Positions 21,301 through 29,885 of a stretch of 64,000 nt of DNA are shown here, one piece after another; within the stretch, counting starts at the first letter, position 1; every line of letters starts with the position of its first letter. Source of the DNA: a virus. The stretch covers positions 38,341 to 102,340 of the IMG/VR virus record IMGVR_UViG_3300042896_000714, one strand, 5' to 3'. A program made the position numbers and the translations under genes. The notes under the pieces were generated by a model. The model was not told where the DNA came from, ran no database searches, and saw only the letters and a list, made by a program, of their open reading frames with translations.

Positions 21301-22996
21301 TACCAGTTGCTCCAGACTGTAGTCCTTTAATAATACTACCTTCTCTAAGGTCTCTGTTTTTAATAATTTTACTTTGATCAACTCCTTGACCGTTAGAATA
21401 TATATACAAAGATCTTGCAGATCCGGTATTATTTGATGTACTATTAACAAATGCAGCACTTACATTGTCCCCAAAAGTTATAGGTTGGCGATAAGGTCCA
21501 GGTTCCGCACGGGCATCGGACATTAATACTTCTGCACGTTGGCAAGCTGCATTTAGGGTTGAGTATGCATAAGCAAATGCTCTGCCTTCTTTTCCTGGAG
21601 GTGTATTCTTTTGAGTATCATCGCCGGATGTTGCAACAAATAGGTTTGTGCTGCTGGCAAAACTTGAGTTATCAACATAATATTTTGTTGCAGCTTGCAA
21701 GTCATCTGGACCATTTGGTGATCCACCGGATGCAAGCGATCCTGGATGATCATTAAGATACAACGTGCCATCCATATGATCACCTTGTCTACGAACTACT
21801 GCAACTCTAGGCAGTGCTTCATTACTTAACCAATTTCCGTCTAACTTAGAATCATAATATGCATCAACAAGAGCTTCAACACCACGATACTGTAAGACTA
21901 ATGTAAAAGTTAAGTCATTAGTGCCATCAGCGCCACCTAAATAACTACCTAATACCTTAAGTTGAGCACCTGGTGTATATGTGTGCGATCCTGTAGTGGT
22001 TATTGTAACAACAGTATTGCTTGGCGCATATGTCCCAGAATCATCTAGCTTTTGTACTTTGGCCAAAGTTCCATAATCATCACCGGTAATTGTTACAACC
22101 GGTCTATTAGTGTACTCAAATACACTAGTGATACTAGATCCACCAATGGTATCAGAATTAACAGTAGTAATTGAAGCGGCAACTTCTGGACTAATATTAA
22201 CAATGAGTCGATCAGATTCGATACCAGCAAGCGCCTTACTTTGTGTTGCATAAATTGCCAAGGTATCTGGAGTTGCATAACGTAAAAAATATGTATTTCC
22301 GGAAATTAATTCAGTTGCAGGCGTATTTCCGTAATTTATATATACAAACGGGGAACCATTTATTCCAGCATTAAATCCATGATTAACTTTTACAGCGTAT
22401 CCATCTTGCCAATGCGTAATTAAATTTGTGTATTCTTCAGCACTGCTTGGTTCTGGACGAATACGCACTTGTGCACTATACCCTCCACCGCTTCCGCTCG
22501 ATGCTTGAATGTATCGTTGATCCGCAAACCCTTTACTAATAACTAAGTCGTTATTAGTAATTGCGGTACCGTATGTATTATTGAATGAATTAATTAATGA
22601 ATCTACGCCCAATCCATTAGGGGTTGCCGTATTTGCAATAATAAACCCTTGCGCATTTAAATGTCCACCTAGACTTGGTGTAGGATCTGCTGAGACTTGG
22701 CCACCAGTTGAGTTGATAGTAACTTGATTTTGATCATCTAATACAATTTGAATGCTATTACCAGCAACTAGCGTTTTAGCTGTTAATGCAGTGCCATCAG
22801 TATTGGATATAATAATTTGGTTTGCTGCGTAGCTTGCTGGGGTGTCGTCTAAGTCGGTAAATGCAATGGTATCACCTTGCCCGAATATTGCAAATAACTG
22901 TGTAAAATTTTCATTTACTTTTCGGAAACTTTCACGAATGCTATCCCCAGTTCCGTCGTTACCTTGTATTCCGATATCAATTGTCTGTCTTGCCAT
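15317..22996 (-). CDS. Giant baseplate/tail-fibre protein (2559 aa) with putative beta-helix region
   Basis: N-term QTIDIG..GNDGTGDSIRESFRKVNENF (T4 gp9/gp10-like); AATKYYVD fibre motif; YYEQFPIRVPVNVSIKGD pectin-lyase-like entry; two YN..(S/T)CSRDVG.I.D repeats; TAAATA 23018-23023. Confidence 0.75.
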   Translation of the reverse strand: MARQTIDIGIQGNDGTGDSIRESFRKVNENFTQLFAIFGQGDTIAFTDLDDTPASYAANQIIISNTDGTALTAKTLVAGNSIQIVLDDQNQVTINSTGGQVSADPTPSLGGHLNAQGFIIANTATPNGLGVDSLINSFNNTYGTAITNNDLVISKGFADQRYIQASSGSGGGYSAQVRIRPEPSSAEEYTNLITHWQDGYAVKVNHGFNAGINGSPFVYINYGNTPATELISGNTYFLRYATPDTLAIYATQSKALAGIESDRLIVNISPEVAASITTVNSDTIGGSSITSVFEYTNRPVVTITGDDYGTLAKVQKLDDSGTYAPSNTVVTITTTGSHTYTPGAQLKVLGSYLGGADGTNDLTFTLVLQYRGVEALVDAYYDSKLDGNWLSNEALPRVAVVRRQGDHMDGTLYLNDHPGSLASGGSPNGPDDLQAATKYYVDNSSFASSTNLFVATSGDDTQKNTPPGKEGRAFAYAYSTLNAACQRAEVLMSDARAEPGPYRQPITFGDNVSAAFVNSTSNNTGSARSLYIYSNGQGVDQSKIIKNRDLREGSIIKGLQSGATGKVISYDGVVGINDKFNIELMHLTTDVTTFETNFVSAAAKLVSNKAFIVSETIAYINAAYPFLNYNEQSCSRDVGLILDAILFDLKFGGNKQTVNVGKTYWRGVSSVLPIDQLTETLDGIAYISLLAEKVLDNITIPLASSTTSFGKRSSEVQDITGTRGESGSVALAQRLVTTILQIIDPSAPVLLEFLDGELLEFGQPVPEYQITIRVESGVYYEQFPIRVPVNVSIKGDEFRRVIIRPAPGISTSPWANLYFYRDDIFDELTRTYLSAADANSSFVISGIDGYENYWVITTASTVGIVQDMYLNVTSGTGLFAPATKVARIINPTSFAIDKAPLVALVNATVRGLDRSGIAPTGINFGYHYLSDPASESGIFDKTIAKPGGFVAAAALLTNNKAAIQSDVIAHINTTYPNLAYNQDTCSRDVGIIVDELANDLIDGGTTRSITVGNSYRRNASARIAVTTQLKETLAGIAYISIIANQILVAYNTERNIVSDLINGIQNIIIGANNPAKDNKDMDVFLMNDSTILRNITVQGQGGFMCVLDPEGQIQTKSPYVQTATSLSGSINKKAFRGGLYIDGFSGNLPASIATKISDTELIFNNLTVRKPGVPNSFYIDGIRYQINNVANYSINTGTATIILDSSTPFTDKNSRSINPTASGLASNGNITIGQFNIAMLSTAGLVSGMKLVRTSGSGALGIGAIITQVSPTGIIVNVAHIATGNIIFAVSGIDTIIETPGNRSMLANDYTQVNDLGYGAVAINNGITELVSVFTYYCWTSYYALTGGQIRSAQGNSSYGEYGMRANGRDPNEVADPVSLADDIQQVSRIFKRETFTGKNIEADSSVYIANYSYIPYNVSEIEIDHTNTKSSLVPNTQSNASNVTVFNPGTGYAVNEFIDIVGGTIYPSSLATRLRVKTVSGGGTTGPIATFEVTEVGTYSVAPSTGSSNELTTVTAPGFGGAGFGASFIGVYRGTVTRYEVSNVERTTTTVDGSVSGQSVLKLNINAGASGAGLAAPLVDNQLVIIRSLQNFKFNGVQEIKPVRPSTAVEFTAPGEVGQIYRTLSYNLRSPVGESLQTIQEIVAASRQAGVSTISTTTAHTISAGDLVSIVCTTNATFNVTYATVLDVSENSFSYNNIGTAVTAGTAASGFATYGDVAVITFDSSYNYAIIETNELQISNTDYVVGGLKTMGSQLGDTRIAVTEIQSDLTKARLRSGNLLLAHAGKIHRVTDYVVPINTNSAYVVLDSIDYAGSLVNTPASGIAEAFPTVEKITLRAGIMKDSTAEITVNISTCRATGHDFLDVGTGGFSTTNYPNNLLGIPAQPANPSNEVREETQGRVFYMSTDQDGIFRVGRFFTVDQGTGTVTFSASIALSNLDGIGFKRGTVAKEFSTDSSMTDNADDTVPVESAIRGYIDKRLGLTHNGLPVPAAQRIPVSGGFVAANGAIAMTGNLDMGGGEGSHRIINVTPNTSSDTDVSNIGYVNYATKIHDSFNKLKGVIISNPAAGKISTFIGVNNIATSSTVGGDLAAVLTSANLGTLATAITGTSQLDVSAGIIVSESISAWPTSGYLQIGNEVFKYTSTTLAAKRFDNVTRAIISSNPSVDTDPALALTVDLTTATTHVIGAVVSSLNNALLNLQINSDTIINSDVKSDAAIAQSKLEMAIASTRANATGILQADRGLVSFDSAKFTLTNGWATFKSSSIALSDLANIADYKVIGNISGAAATPTELSVSSLAAASAIVLADADKNLGDAAHAFNKIYSTSLIGNLTGNIISSNTSNTVVDTSATTAVFTGDLDGNAKTVTNGFYTGSSFYLGKTLITVNRASEPLALTGISIDGSAGSVSGLNIIGTVLNSAITTASLTTVGTLSKLNVSGFIQHGVNAAIVAIGNSQSTAVELLKNINIVITSTVGSGVRFPDMRSSLLIGEVVGPVQDTSTLGVRIIVRNSSANTINIYPATGVTINDLALNEAFPMDTGIALEFFCASATQWYTLNATYA

Positions 22997-23057
22997 AATT
23001 ACTCCATGTTCTTTATGTATTTACCTAAAGGTTCTATAAACTTAATGTAAATACTCG

Positions 23058-23345
23058 ATGTACATTGCAGAAGAAACTAACAATACAATTTATGTTAGGA
23101 CTAGTAAATTGGGAAATGAACACCCATTCACACGCATTAAACGTGTTATTGTTTTTAGATGCGACAACTGCAGTGAGATATTTCGAAGAGATAGAAGTAA
23201 TATGAGCCCAAAAAGGCTAAGTAATAATTACTTTCATTGTTGTGGAAACTGTGATGCAAAACGGTTTGCTCAACATAAAGGTGTTGATCGTAGGACGATA
23301 TGGGATCGCCCAGCTAGCAGCTTAGACGATATAAGTAAGCTATAG
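23058..23345 (+). CDS. Small Zn-binding hypothetical protein
   Basis: CDNC and CCGNC motifs; TAAATA 4 nt before ATG. Confidence 0.65.
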   Translation: MYIAEETNNTIYVRTSKLGNEHPFTRIKRVIVFRCDNCSEIFRRDRSNMSPKRLSNNYFHCCGNCDAKRFAQHKGVDRRTIWDRPASSLDDISKL

Positions 23346-23355
23346 GAGAAATAAT

Positions 23356-23568
23356 ATGTTTAAATTTTTAAAATCGTTACTCGGATTTAACAAAGAAGAT
23401 TTGAAGGATGCCGGGGTTCAACTTGAGCAAGCGCCATACAAAGTAGAACCAGCAAGTGTACCATTAACTGCAAATGAAGGAAAGCAAGTACCGATAAACC
23501 CAACAGTACTTGCTAAAACTGTGATGCGCAAGCCAAGAAAGCCACGTACTCCTAAAGCAGTAGACTAA
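23356..23568 (+). CDS. Hypothetical protein with basic C-terminal tail
   Basis: AGGAG RBS; KPRKPRTPK tail. Confidence 0.6.
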   Translation: MFKFLKSLLGFNKEDLKDAGVQLEQAPYKVEPASVPLTANEGKQVPINPTVLAKTVMRKPRKPRTPKAVD

Positions 23569-23921
23569 GCTACTTTGCCCCAACCGCCTTTGGCGCGGAT
23601 TGCGAACGCTAACTCACGCATACGTCCATACTCAGGACTACCTTTATGATGCGGGCCAGTTTGCTTGAGAGAGTTGTATCGATGAAGTAATTCTGCTTTG
23701 GATTTGCCTTCATACTTGCCCTTTTCACCAGGGCTAACAACTGTCGGTTCACCCCATTTTTCATCTACTTTACCGCCAATAACAGAACGACGATGTTTTA
23801 AATATCTATCACTACGGTCAACATCACCGTCGTTATCAATGTCGTCGTCTTCTCGACCAACTGGATCTAGAGACTCACTAATAATATCAATGTATTTTCG
23901 TAGTATATCAGACATAAGCAT
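23565..23921 (-). CDS. Hypothetical protein, possibly an internal head protein
   Basis: DIDNDGDVD acidic loop, basic C-terminus, AAGGA RBS. Confidence 0.6.
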   Translation of the reverse strand: MLMSDILRKYIDIISESLDPVGREDDDIDNDGDVDRSDRYLKHRRSVIGGKVDEKWGEPTVVSPGEKGKYEGKSKAELLHRYNSLKQTGPHHKGSPEYGRMRELAFAIRAKGGWGKVA

Positions 23922-23993
23922 AGAGTTCCTTTAAAATTACTTATAAAGGATCTCTATTGCGTTTCATATACTAACGTAGTGCATAGGCGTTAG

Positions 23994-24515
23994 TTACATC
24001 TCCAACCCAAGTAGATCAAGCCCTGCGCTATGCAGCAGTCTGGTCGTTTCAATCGCATCTGCAGTGCTCATCGATGCAAATGCTTTTGAGTGCATTTCTT
24101 CATCGGGTAGGATCTTGGCAAACACATTTCTGATATCTTCATCAATATCAATATCAGAAGCTAGTGCTTTAATCCGAACAAGCCGCATCGCTTCTGCATG
24201 ATGACCAGCACCAGCAATTTCACTAAAGGTGTGCAAGTTCTGGAGGATAGGTTCCCAGTAGCGCATGCCCTCGTAAGTTGCAACTGGCAATTTGATACCA
24301 CGTGCAGTCAACAGTTCAGCTACCCATTCACAGTGCTTCACTTCATCATGTGCGATACGTTCAAGCAGGTGTTTGTTTCTATTATTAGTTACATCTGCTA
24401 GTGACTGAATTCGTTCAGCGGCTAATGCCTCACCAATATACTGGCGCTGCAACCAGTGGGTTAACTTATCAGGACTTGCTTTAACTTCTGATAGCCATTG
24501 TTGCGTAGTTTTCAT
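23994..24515 (-). CDS. Ferritin-like di-iron protein
   Basis: E...DEVKH and E...DEEMH paired motifs; start moved to MKTTQQ (AAGGAAG RBS). Confidence 0.8.
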   Translation of the reverse strand: MKTTQQWLSEVKASPDKLTHWLQRQYIGEALAAERIQSLADVTNNRNKHLLERIAHDEVKHCEWVAELLTARGIKLPVATYEGMRYWEPILQNLHTFSEIAGAGHHAEAMRLVRIKALASDIDIDEDIRNVFAKILPDEEMHSKAFASMSTADAIETTRLLHSAGLDLLGLEM

Positions 24516-24562
24516 TTTGCTTCCTTGTAAATGTTTCATGAACTTCGTCGTTTGTAGTAAAT

Positions 24563-25150
24563 CTACAGTTGTCTTACCCCATTGACAAATGTAACGGTAT
24601 CATGTTCATATGTAGAGCGTGATTTTGGAGTCTCCCACCAATCGACTTTAGATACAGCTACATTTAGTTCTTTCATCTTAAAATCAGCAAAATCAGCTAA
24701 CCATTTACTTAGATTTTCTGATGTGGGCACAAAATCTACAACCAGAACACCTTCATCTAATTCGTATCGTGGGCTAGTAGGATCTAGCCCACTTAGGTCG
24801 ATACAATATCCCACGACATAATTGTCTCTTCCTGGTAACGTAACAGGTATTAATTTTTTATTCGCACCGATCAAATCGTCTAATGCCGGATCATTTTTGT
24901 CAACAATGAACCTATGATCAATATAAGTGTTTATAAACTTTTTTAACCATTCCAGATGTCTAAAATCAGTGATCATTCCAGTGTTGTCAAGTTTTTCACC
25001 CGTCATAAACACTTGCACTTTCCCTTCGTGTCCATGCCTGTGCCGGCATGCACATTTTAGATTATCAGCATACTCACCATTCAGCGTTTGAGTCCATACT
25101 CTATGGCCGTAGCAAAATTCAAATGTTTTATCAATTACCCATTTACTCAT
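24563..25150 (-). CDS. queD: 6-carboxy-tetrahydropterin synthase (QueD/PTPS)
   Basis: F..GH, CRHRHGH, DF..L, DH, PTSENL, WETP motifs. Confidence 0.9.
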   Translation of the reverse strand: MSKWVIDKTFEFCYGHRVWTQTLNGEYADNLKCACRHRHGHEGKVQVFMTGEKLDNTGMITDFRHLEWLKKFINTYIDHRFIVDKNDPALDDLIGANKKLIPVTLPGRDNYVVGYCIDLSGLDPTSPRYELDEGVLVVDFVPTSENLSKWLADFADFKMKELNVAVSKVDWWETPKSRSTYEHDTVTFVNGVRQL

Positions 25151-25223
25151 ATTATTTCCTAGTTTATTTAATGTTTCTTTTACATATCGTCATACGATAT
25201 ATTCTACTGGTTGGTATGCCACG

Positions 25224-25625
25224 TTAATCTTTATATAAATGTGGTTTTTGTGAAATACGAAAGTCAATACGCTCTTGGACAATAGTGTCATCAGCAGGCG
25301 TAGAATTCCAACTATTGTAAAATTCGCTATCGAATCCAGAAAATGCTACGCCGCGCATGTGATCAAACTTGTAACCTCTACGGTCCATTTCAATGCACAA
25401 TCTCATGAATCTAGTTTTAAGAAATAATTGCTTATCATAAAAAAACTTTACATGTCCTTCATTTAGGGTAAACTTTTGCGGAATACTGTTAAGTACATCA
25501 TCTTTGGATTTTGTGCGCAAGCTTCTGCGCAGTGCTGCGGGAACCATCGTAATTTCACGATATTCAGCAATCAAATGTGCGCGTTTAAGAGTCTTTGGAT
25601 CGATGTCAGAGTTTATGCGTGTCAT
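25224..25625 (-). CDS. denV: Pyrimidine-dimer DNA glycosylase (T4 endonuclease V-like)
   Basis: MTRIN start, HLIAEYRE, FTLNEGHVKFFYDK, EMDRRGY. Confidence 0.93.
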   Translation of the reverse strand: MTRINSDIDPKTLKRAHLIAEYREITMVPAALRRSLRTKSKDDVLNSIPQKFTLNEGHVKFFYDKQLFLKTRFMRLCIEMDRRGYKFDHMRGVAFSGFDSEFYNSWNSTPADDTIVQERIDFRISQKPHLYKD

Positions 25626-25648
25626 AGATTTCCTGTATATTATTTATA

Positions 25649-26860
25649 TTATACTACTCTTAGCAGCATAATATCTTCACTAATTCGTCCATTCATCTTA
25701 GTATCAACAGCATTGATATCTTCAAGGAACTTGCGTAGTGCAACTTTCCCCGCAGCTTTAAAGTCCTTCAATTGATCAACTGGTTTACGCAGTGTCTTTT
25801 GAATGCTCTTGTTTTCGTCATAGCCAGTAATAGTAGTTCCCTTTACGCCAAGTTCACCAGGCTCTGCAGCGATATACTTTCCTAGTTTTCGAGTCTTGCT
25901 ATTAAAGATCCATAGTTCCTTAGCGCCAATTACGTCAGTAGGATTAATACTAACCAGTTTTAACGGTTCATCAGTCTTTTTGTATTTGAGCTTGGCAATC
26001 AATTTGTCTTTGCTAACTGCTTTTGGTGCTTTAACTTTGCGGGTGAGCTTGGCCTCCTCCATTAGCATGGTGCATGCTGTTTGAATTTCACGTAAAAAAT
26101 CAATAAACTTTTTAATGTGTTTTCGTGGACGGTGGCTATATCCTTCTTTAAGTTGTTCATCAGCTTTTCCGCTTGACAGCAGTTCAAGCTCTGCTAACGG
26201 TCTTGCGTAAAACTCACGAATAATACGTGCATGTGCTGCCTTCGCGCCCTTACCTTTGAGAAGATTAAGCATCTTAAACTCTTTAGGATCAAACGTTTCA
26301 GCATTAGTCTCCCATTTTTCAATGGAGTCCTCAATCTCAGCAGTCATAGTCATTGCTAGTTCACGCACGCGATCTTGGATGGTTGGGCCTGCAGCAGTTG
26401 CTTTACTGCCAGATTCAATATTTGCAAGTCTAATTGCTTCTTCATCAATATCATGTTTGCCGTTTTCAATAGTTTTGGAAATCTCATTACCTAGCCATTG
26501 TGCTGTGGATCGACCCTTGTTAAAGTCTTCACGAACTGGGGGCATACCACGCAGCAAGCAGGCAGCAATTGCTCCCATAGTAAGGGTACAACGCCAATCT
26601 TTTGTCCTTTTAAAGGTAGCTTGCTGCAATTTAGTATATCCTGCAGTGCTCATCCAAGTAAGAACACCAGTTTTAAGATCTTTATAACTGTGTTCCATGT
26701 TATAGTATTTCATTGCCACGCGGAATTGCTTGGAAAATTCTTCGGCTGACAAGAATTCGTTCCCCTCCCATTTTGGACTATGATCGCGACTTGCCTTTTC
26801 ACGATGCACTGCGAGTTGTTTTGCTGTGACTTTAACTTTGGGTGCTGTTTTAGTTGCCAT
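25649..26860 (-). CDS. Hypothetical Lys-rich phage protein
   Basis: 403-aa ORF, GGAG RBS, TTGACT-16-TATAAT at 26887-26914. Confidence 0.75.
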   Translation of the reverse strand: MATKTAPKVKVTAKQLAVHREKASRDHSPKWEGNEFLSAEEFSKQFRVAMKYYNMEHSYKDLKTGVLTWMSTAGYTKLQQATFKRTKDWRCTLTMGAIAACLLRGMPPVREDFNKGRSTAQWLGNEISKTIENGKHDIDEEAIRLANIESGSKATAAGPTIQDRVRELAMTMTAEIEDSIEKWETNAETFDPKEFKMLNLLKGKGAKAAHARIIREFYARPLAELELLSSGKADEQLKEGYSHRPRKHIKKFIDFLREIQTACTMLMEEAKLTRKVKAPKAVSKDKLIAKLKYKKTDEPLKLVSINPTDVIGAKELWIFNSKTRKLGKYIAAEPGELGVKGTTITGYDENKSIQKTLRKPVDQLKDFKAAGKVALRKFLEDINAVDTKMNGRISEDIMLLRVV

Positions 26861-26967
26861 TGATACTCCGGTATTAACTATTCTATATTATACTACATCA
26901 CTTAATAAAGTCAATGTGCGATTCTGGTATTGCCGTATTGGATCACGGCTCTTTTAAGAATATCACT

Positions 26968-28428
26968 TTATGTGTGAGTTGCTTGATTAGTGTACGCATC
27001 GAAGTATTCCCGTTTGCATCTATCAAAAAATGCAGTTAGTTGGGGGAAGGTTTTTAAAAAATTAGAACCAGTTCGTCGATCTTGTTCGATAATGAATAGA
27101 TAAAAGTCGTGACGCGATGTTACATTTTCATCACTAGATGGGTCTTCTGCTTTTATAACATTTAATAATCTGTTTAATCCGTCAATTTCATGTGGATAAA
27201 ATCCGTCATGATACTCTACAGTCTTATATGTGGCTACATTAGTTTCAGCCCATTGCACTGTAGCCGCTAACATTTCTATCATGCCATTATCAGCAATTAA
27301 CGCACTTAAATATCTGGGATATCGCAAATACGGAAAATCTAAAGATACCCCACGAAGTGAATCAGTCCTTGAAGGGGCAGAGGCACTGCGTCGAATTGCT
27401 AACATATCATTTAAAAAATACTTAAAATTTGGAATGCTCAACAAGTTAAAGGTACACATAATCGTAACATCAATACTTGGGTATCTAAGAACTAAATTCC
27501 ATAAATTATAGTACCATTTTTTGTAATCTAAACCAACTCTAATGTACTCAGCATGTTCTCCAAATGTATCGCAACTAGTAAAAATCTGTAGACGCTTTAC
27601 TAGACCTCTATCTTTAATAGTTTGACATTTTTCAAAGAATTCATCTAAGATTTTTTGATCAACTCCCAAATTTGTATTAATCGCTAAATTTAATTCAGGA
27701 TTTGGATTTGCAATAATCCAATCTAAAGTTCTAAATGTTTCCTTACTAAGAAGCGGCTCGCCACCAGTAATACGAAATACCTTTAGTTTAGGGTATAATT
27801 CAGGCCACCATTTCCACCATGCTTCAATATATGGATTATAGTCCTTATTGGGGATTGGCATTTTACCAACAGATTTTAACCAGGTGATATCATGTAAAGT
27901 GTCTTTGCTTAATTTTAGAGGGCCGTGCCTAACTGCTTGTTGCATTAAAACAGAGCTAGTTTCTGGAAAACAATAAGTACATCCGAAATTGCAGACGTTA
28001 CTGAAGCTAACCTCTACATAACTAGGTATGACATCAGCATCCCATGGCATCTCTGCCGAAGATTTTAAATACGGCACACCCCAAGTAGAATCTGCACTTT
28101 TCTTAATTCTATCGCTAAAATGCAACTCTTCATTCCCCTTGGCATCCTCAACCCGCCAACAGTAGTCGCATTCTGCTGGCCGCACGCCTTCCAACATTAA
28201 CTTCCGTTGTGTTTTTTTAAACTGCGTATTGTGTAATGCACTGGGATTTACTGAAATTTCAGAGATAGGAATTGCGTGTGACACTGGATGGTGACAACTA
28301 TGAGTTTGCCCCGTTTGCAAGTGTATTGTAACTTGCTGCCACTTTGCAACGCAGTATGATGGACTTACTTTATTCAATTCAGCATTTGTTGCTACTAATC
28401 TTTTGAAAAACGAGTTATTGTTAGGCAT
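26968..28428 (-). CDS. Radical SAM protein with N-terminal SPASM/twitch-like domain
   Basis: YCVAKW..SCHH..ECDYCW N-domain; CNFGCTYC; ITGGEP. Confidence 0.9.
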   Translation of the reverse strand: MPNNNSFFKRLVATNAELNKVSPSYCVAKWQQVTIHLQTGQTHSCHHPVSHAIPISEISVNPSALHNTQFKKTQRKLMLEGVRPAECDYCWRVEDAKGNEELHFSDRIKKSADSTWGVPYLKSSAEMPWDADVIPSYVEVSFSNVCNFGCTYCFPETSSVLMQQAVRHGPLKLSKDTLHDITWLKSVGKMPIPNKDYNPYIEAWWKWWPELYPKLKVFRITGGEPLLSKETFRTLDWIIANPNPELNLAINTNLGVDQKILDEFFEKCQTIKDRGLVKRLQIFTSCDTFGEHAEYIRVGLDYKKWYYNLWNLVLRYPSIDVTIMCTFNLLSIPNFKYFLNDMLAIRRSASAPSRTDSLRGVSLDFPYLRYPRYLSALIADNGMIEMLAATVQWAETNVATYKTVEYHDGFYPHEIDGLNRLLNVIKAEDPSSDENVTSRHDFYLFIIEQDRRTGSNFLKTFPQLTAFFDRCKREYFDAYTNQATHT

Positions 28429-28443
28429 TAAATATGTTATCCA

Positions 28444-28980
28444 TTAGGTCCAAAGAGAATCACGTATTTTAATCAAACGGATCATCATGTCTTCATCTTC
28501 TTGTGTATATTGTTCTTCAATCTTATGAAGGATATCAAGAACAACCCTGCTTTCGTTACGCTCTTCCTCGCTTCTATCTTCAAACAACGACATAACACCG
28601 CCATCTGGATCAGCCAGCCTACGCTTTTCATATATTGCAGACCAACCGCTTGCATCATGTGGGTCTGGTCGTTTTGGATAAACTTCAGTCCACCAAGTGT
28701 ATAGCTCGAGCATTTCAATTGCAGCCAGTGCTTGCCTAGTTGGCTTGCCACGATCTGCATGCCCTTCCTCAAGCCAATCATTATTATTCAAAGTTGCAGC
28801 CCACTTAAGGTGATCTATTCCTGCTTGTGGCGACCGCCATGTGCGCCAGCGGAACCATCCCGTTGCCCAGAACGGTGGCGCATATTTTTCACTAGCTTCT
28901 GTTCTTGGGAACATTTTATACCTAAATTTGTTGCATTCAGAAGGTCGATTGACTATTTTATTTAAAAGTTTAAAAAACAT
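28444..28980 (-). CDS. Hypothetical protein; probable C-terminal half of a split gene
   Basis: W-rich sequence (KYAPPFWATGWFRWRTW) preceded by a low-GC leader MFFKLLNKIVN...; own promoter at 29006-29034. Confidence 0.65.
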   Translation of the reverse strand: MFFKLLNKIVNRPSECNKFRYKMFPRTEASEKYAPPFWATGWFRWRTWRSPQAGIDHLKWAATLNNNDWLEEGHADRGKPTRQALAAIEMLELYTWWTEVYPKRPDPHDASGWSAIYEKRRLADPDGGVMSLFEDRSEEERNESRVVLDILHKIEEQYTQEDEDMMIRLIKIRDSLWT

Positions 28981-29005
28981 AAAATTCTCTTTTTGTATAA
29001 ATATA

Positions 29006-29034
29006 AGTATAACACCAGTTATGTTATAAGTCAA
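29006..29034 (-). promoter_or_regulatory. sigma70-type promoter inside the endonuclease insertion
   Basis: TTGACT-17-TATACT with TATAACA/TGTTATA inverted repeat; back-to-back with plus-strand TATAAATA at 28996-29003. Confidence 0.7.
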
Positions 29035-29099
29035 GAAAAATGTTCTTCGCGGATCTGAGAAATCCCAAGAACTCTAACAGTTTAAAAGGAACTATCAGC

Positions 29100-29885
29100 A
29101 TGATTATTTATCTTTACGTCAAAACGCACAACGTAACCGGATTAAAATATCTCGGAAAAACATCAGCAAGCAATCCACATACATATCGCGGTTCTGGAAC
29201 ATATTGGAATGCACATTTACGAATTCACGGATATAATTATTCAACCGAAATATTAAGAGAATGCTCATCTAAATTAGAAGTACAAAGGTTTGGGATATAT
29301 TACAGTGAGTTATGGAATATAGTAGCAGCAACAGACGCTAACGGAAAAAAGATTTGGGCAAACTTAAAACCTGAATCAGGAGACGGTGGTTGTCAACCTC
29401 TTGAAAGCATTGAGAAGATGAAAAATACCAAAAAGTTAAATGGAACGGAAAATAGAAATCCAATGATATCAAGTAAGATGGTCGCAAGTAAAAAGAAAAA
29501 CGGAACCCTTAACGGTAATACACTGCAATCCATTGCTAAAGGTATAGCAACTAAGAAAGCTAATGGAACTGATAAAATGTCATCTAAAACTAAATTAAAA
29601 TTATCAAGTGTCAAAACCGGATGTATTGGAAGGAAATTTTCAGCAGAGGATAAAGCAGCCCATTCAATAAGATTAACTGGTCATAAAAAACATAATGTGC
29701 TGGTTAGTAGATTAGAGGACCGAAAAGTAATGACGTTATGCAGCTTTACTAGATGGTGCAACCAATCATACACTCGACCAACCCATATTGGGCCTTATAA
29801 AAAAGTAGTATCTCGGTTAGTTGATCGCAGGGCAATGACACTTGGCAAGTTCAGTCAATGGTCGTCTGCTTTTCCTTCAGACTGA
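29100..29885 (+). mobile_element. Free-standing GIY-YIG-like (Seg-type) homing endonuclease
   Basis: IYLYVKTHNVTGLKYLGKT..Y.GSG..W, WANLKPESGDGG, NUMOD-like basic repeats, duplicated VSRL.DR..MTL..F..W; antisense to neighbours; AAGGA RBS before ATG 29100. Confidence 0.8.

Noticed and set aside
15339-23039. Numerous plus-strand ORFs within the giant fibre gene
   Set aside because: Antisense shadows caused by codon bias; no RBS or recognisable motifs
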